A stretch of DNA of 16,305 nt from a bacterium (GTDB lineage Bacteria > RBG-13-61-14 > DATKZS01): NCBI GenBank assembly GCA_046484135.1, contig JAWOBU010000085.1:1-16305 (forward strand), in the 5' to 3' direction. Below, in pieces: positions 13,928 through 16,305 of the stretch. Within the stretch, counting starts at the first letter, position 1; each line of letters opens with the position of its first letter. The position numbers and the translations under genes are program-made. The notes below the pieces were generated by a model, which saw only the letters and a list, made by a program, of their open reading frames with translations, had not been told where the DNA came from and searched no databases.

Positions 13928-16305
13928 ATGAAAAATCAAGAGCAATTTCCATATGTTCTGGGCATAGATCTGGGAGCCAATTCCATTGGCTGGGCCGTGA
14001 TGTCATGCGAGGAACGGGAAGGGGATCAGCCCGAGGTCATTGACGTAAACCTTACCGGGTCGCGCATCTTCGAGGCCGGGACCGAGGGAGATGTGGAGGC
14101 CGGAAAGGATGAATCGCGCGCCAAGAATCGCAGGTCCGCTCGGCTCAGTCGCCGCCAAACCAACCGGCGCGCCATGCGCACCTTCGATCTTTATCGGCGC
14201 CTTCAATCCAAAGGTTTGCTCCCTGCTATCAATCCCCAGGATGACACCCTGACCGAACAGAGAGCCGCCCGGGACCCAGCCCTCGCTAAACTTGACCGCG
14301 ACATCTTGAAACGATGGTCGGAAGAACTTAAAAAACAAGGCGCGTCCGATGAAGAGATAAGGCTCCTGGCCAAGAGGATGCCCTACCTCCTACGGGCAAG
14401 GGCGCTGGATGAGAAGCTTCCTCCTCTTGAACTGGGACGCGCAATCTATCACCTGGGACAAAGGCGCGGCTTCCAGTCCAACCGCAAGGGCGGGAGCAAG
14501 GATGATGAAGAAAAGGGGAAGGTCAAGGCGGGGATCAAGGAGTTGAATGAGCAACTATTGGGAACGAACGTTCGAACCCTTGGAGAACTATTTGCCCGGA
14601 CCGACCCCGAAGAAAAACGCATCCGACAGCGCTGGACCTCCCGGGACATGTATAAACAAGAGTTCGAACAAATCTGGAAGGCGCAGCAGAAGTTCTACCC
14701 GGACATTCTCAACGATGATTTCAAAAAGGAAATCCATGACACCATATTTGACCAAAGACCGCTCAAATCTCAATCTCATCTGATCGGAGAATGCGAGCAC
14801 GAGCCAGGACACAAGAGAGCGCCCATCGCTTGTCTCCTCTTTCAGAGATTCCGCATCCTCCAGAACGTGAACAACTTGAGAATTACCTCCGAAGGCATCA
14901 CCAGGCAGCTCTCTGATGAAGAGCGCAAAAAGATCATTTCCGCCCTGGAAGGAGAAGGGGACCTGCTAGATGAAAAGGGCGTTCTCACCTTTGCCAAGAT
15001 CAAAAAGAACCTCCTCGGTCTGAAAAAAGGAAAAATAAACTTCGAAAAGGGCAACCAGAAGGGCTTGATCGGAGACCGCACCGGTCTGGCCCTGCAAAAA
15101 ATCTTCAAAGAAAAATGGGACCAGCTTGACTATGAACACAAGGAAAAACTGGTTGACGACATCATGAGCATAGAAAAGAATGATGCGCTCATCCGACGGG
15201 CAATGAATGTATGGGGACTGGATGAAGCCGCAGCAAAAGAGCTTGCTGAAATTGAGCTGGAACCGGACCATTGCGGTCTCTCACGCCTGGCCTTGAAGAA
15301 GCTTATTCCCCGCATGGAGCAGGGTGAGCCGTATATGACCGCGGTCGCCAATACCTATGACCCGCCGCCGCCGGAACCCGAGGAGCTTTTGCCCCCGGTC
15401 CGCGAAGCCTTGAAGGAACTAAAAAATCCCGTGGTCGAAAGGTCCCTTACCGAGATGCGAAAAGTGGTGAACGCAATAATCAGAGAGCACGGCAAGCCGG
15501 CCATGATCAGGATCGAGCTGGCCAGAGACATCAGGAACCCAAGGCAGAAAAGAAAGGAAATATCCGACCGGAACAGCAAGAACGAAAAAGAACGAGAGAA
15601 CGCTGCCGAAGAATTGAAGAAAGGAATCGAGGAGATAAAAATCACAGCCCCGAACAATAGGGAGATACTCAAATATCGGTTGTGGAAAGAGTGCAACCAG
15701 CAATGTCCGTACACCGGAAAGATGATATCGGCAAAACAACTTTTCGGAAGAAACTCGCAGTTCGATATCGAGCACATCATTCCCTTCAGCCGATCACTCG
15801 AGAACTCCTTCATTAACAAGACCCTCTGCGAAAACAACGAGAATAAAAACGTAAAGGGCAACAAGACGCCCTGGGAGACCTATGGAGGTGACGAGGAAAA
15901 ATACAGTCAGATCATCGGCCGGGTAAAGAAATTTAATGGAGACGCCAAGGATGCCAAGCTCCGCCGCTTCCAGATGAAGGACGAGGAGTTGAAAGAAATG
16001 ATGGCGGACTTCAGCACCCGACAGTTAAACGACACCCGCTATGCCTCCAAGCTCGCGGTCCGCTACCTCTCAAGGCTCTACGGCGCTTCCGGGCAGTTCA
16101 AAACCCCGGAAGGAAAAATGATGGTGGTGGGCGTGGACGAGCAGGGAAGGCGCAGGGTACAGGTCTGCGCCGGCATGGTTACCGCTCACATCCGGAACGA
16201 GCTCGGGCTCCGGACCATATGGAACTCGATCCTGGAGGAGACCTACCCCAAGCTGGAGGAAGAGGAGGAAAGCAGGGAACCACAGTCAAACGAAAAGGAG
16301 CGCAT
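13928..16305 (+). CDS. cas9: Type II-C CRISPR-associated endonuclease Cas9, 3'-partial (792 codons in window)
   Basis: Translated by hand from the ATG at 13928 (RBS AAGGGAG), open to the window end. RuvC-I YVLGIDLGANSIGWAV (D14); bridge helix RRSARLSRRQTNRR; HLGQRRGFQSNRK; IFDQRPLK; FQRFRILQNVNNL; NPVVERSL; RuvC-II IRIELARD (E530); HNH CPYTGK...DIEHIIPFSRS...NKTLC...NKNVKGNKTP (H616); RQLNDTRY. The short REC lobe fits subtype II-C. Confidence 0.96.
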   Translation, partial: MKNQEQFPYVLGIDLGANSIGWAVMSCEEREGDQPEVIDVNLTGSRIFEAGTEGDVEAGKDESRAKNRRSARLSRRQTNRRAMRTFDLYRRLQSKGLLPAINPQDDTLTEQRAARDPALAKLDRDILKRWSEELKKQGASDEEIRLLAKRMPYLLRARALDEKLPPLELGRAIYHLGQRRGFQSNRKGGSKDDEEKGKVKAGIKELNEQLLGTNVRTLGELFARTDPEEKRIRQRWTSRDMYKQEFEQIWKAQQKFYPDILNDDFKKEIHDTIFDQRPLKSQSHLIGECEHEPGHKRAPIACLLFQRFRILQNVNNLRITSEGITRQLSDEERKKIISALEGEGDLLDEKGVLTFAKIKKNLLGLKKGKINFEKGNQKGLIGDRTGLALQKIFKEKWDQLDYEHKEKLVDDIMSIEKNDALIRRAMNVWGLDEAAAKELAEIELEPDHCGLSRLALKKLIPRMEQGEPYMTAVANTYDPPPPEPEELLPPVREALKELKNPVVERSLTEMRKVVNAIIREHGKPAMIRIELARDIRNPRQKRKEISDRNSKNEKERENAAEELKKGIEEIKITAPNNREILKYRLWKECNQQCPYTGKMISAKQLFGRNSQFDIEHIIPFSRSLENSFINKTLCENNENKNVKGNKTPWETYGGDEEKYSQIIGRVKKFNGDAKDAKLRRFQMKDEELKEMMADFSTRQLNDTRYASKLAVRYLSRLYGASGQFKTPEGKMMVVGVDEQGRRRVQVCAGMVTAHIRNELGLRTIWNSILEETYPKLEEEEESREPQSNEKER

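Noticed and set aside
13560..13930. CRISPR array or mini-array upstream of cas9
   Set aside because: Only one repeat-like copy (the anti-repeat) is present; I found no second copy or repeat-spacer periodicity anywhere in the window.
13853..13990. tracr-L-type natural single guide (5'-extended tracrRNA carrying its own repeat mimic)
   Set aside because: The best minus-strand matches to the lower stem are only about 5 nt (TTATG, CTATG), which is expected by chance.
13665..14043. Short ORFs 13665-13871, 13688-13873 and 13771-14043
   Set aside because: They overlap the tracrRNA, promoters and cas9 start, lack RBS or motifs, and are better explained by the RNA structure.
14003..15864. Minus-strand ORFs listed across the cas9 region
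   Set aside because: Antisense shadows of the continuous plus-strand cas9 frame.

Overview
Mostly GC-rich core chromosome, probably from a deltaproteobacterial (Desulfobacterota/Myxococcota-like) anaerobe, inferred from the RomR-like protein and the AOR. The window ends in an A-richer type II-C CRISPR-Cas9 cassette. Left to right: a truncated dnaB 5' fragment that ends at a hairpin-rich sequence; a minus-strand block (GAF/coiled-coil protein, CheY-like receiver, GT2 glycosyltransferase, flippase-like membrane protein); a plus-strand 4Fe-4S protein, aldehyde:ferredoxin oxidoreductase and SDR; gap-pgk-tpiA; a RomR-like polarity response regulator preceded by a two-CheW-domain protein; then a minus-strand tracrRNA and a cas9 that starts at 13928 and runs off the window. 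The ORF track misses cas9 because it has no stop codon here. The most notable structure is the cas9 upstream region. The tracrRNA anti-repeat looks like a full-length repeat copy that itself reads as a complete sigma70 promoter aimed at cas9. It faces the putative tracrRNA promoter, and a second near-consensus promoter would transcribe antisense through the tracrRNA. No CRISPR array, cas1 or cas2 is visible in this window.
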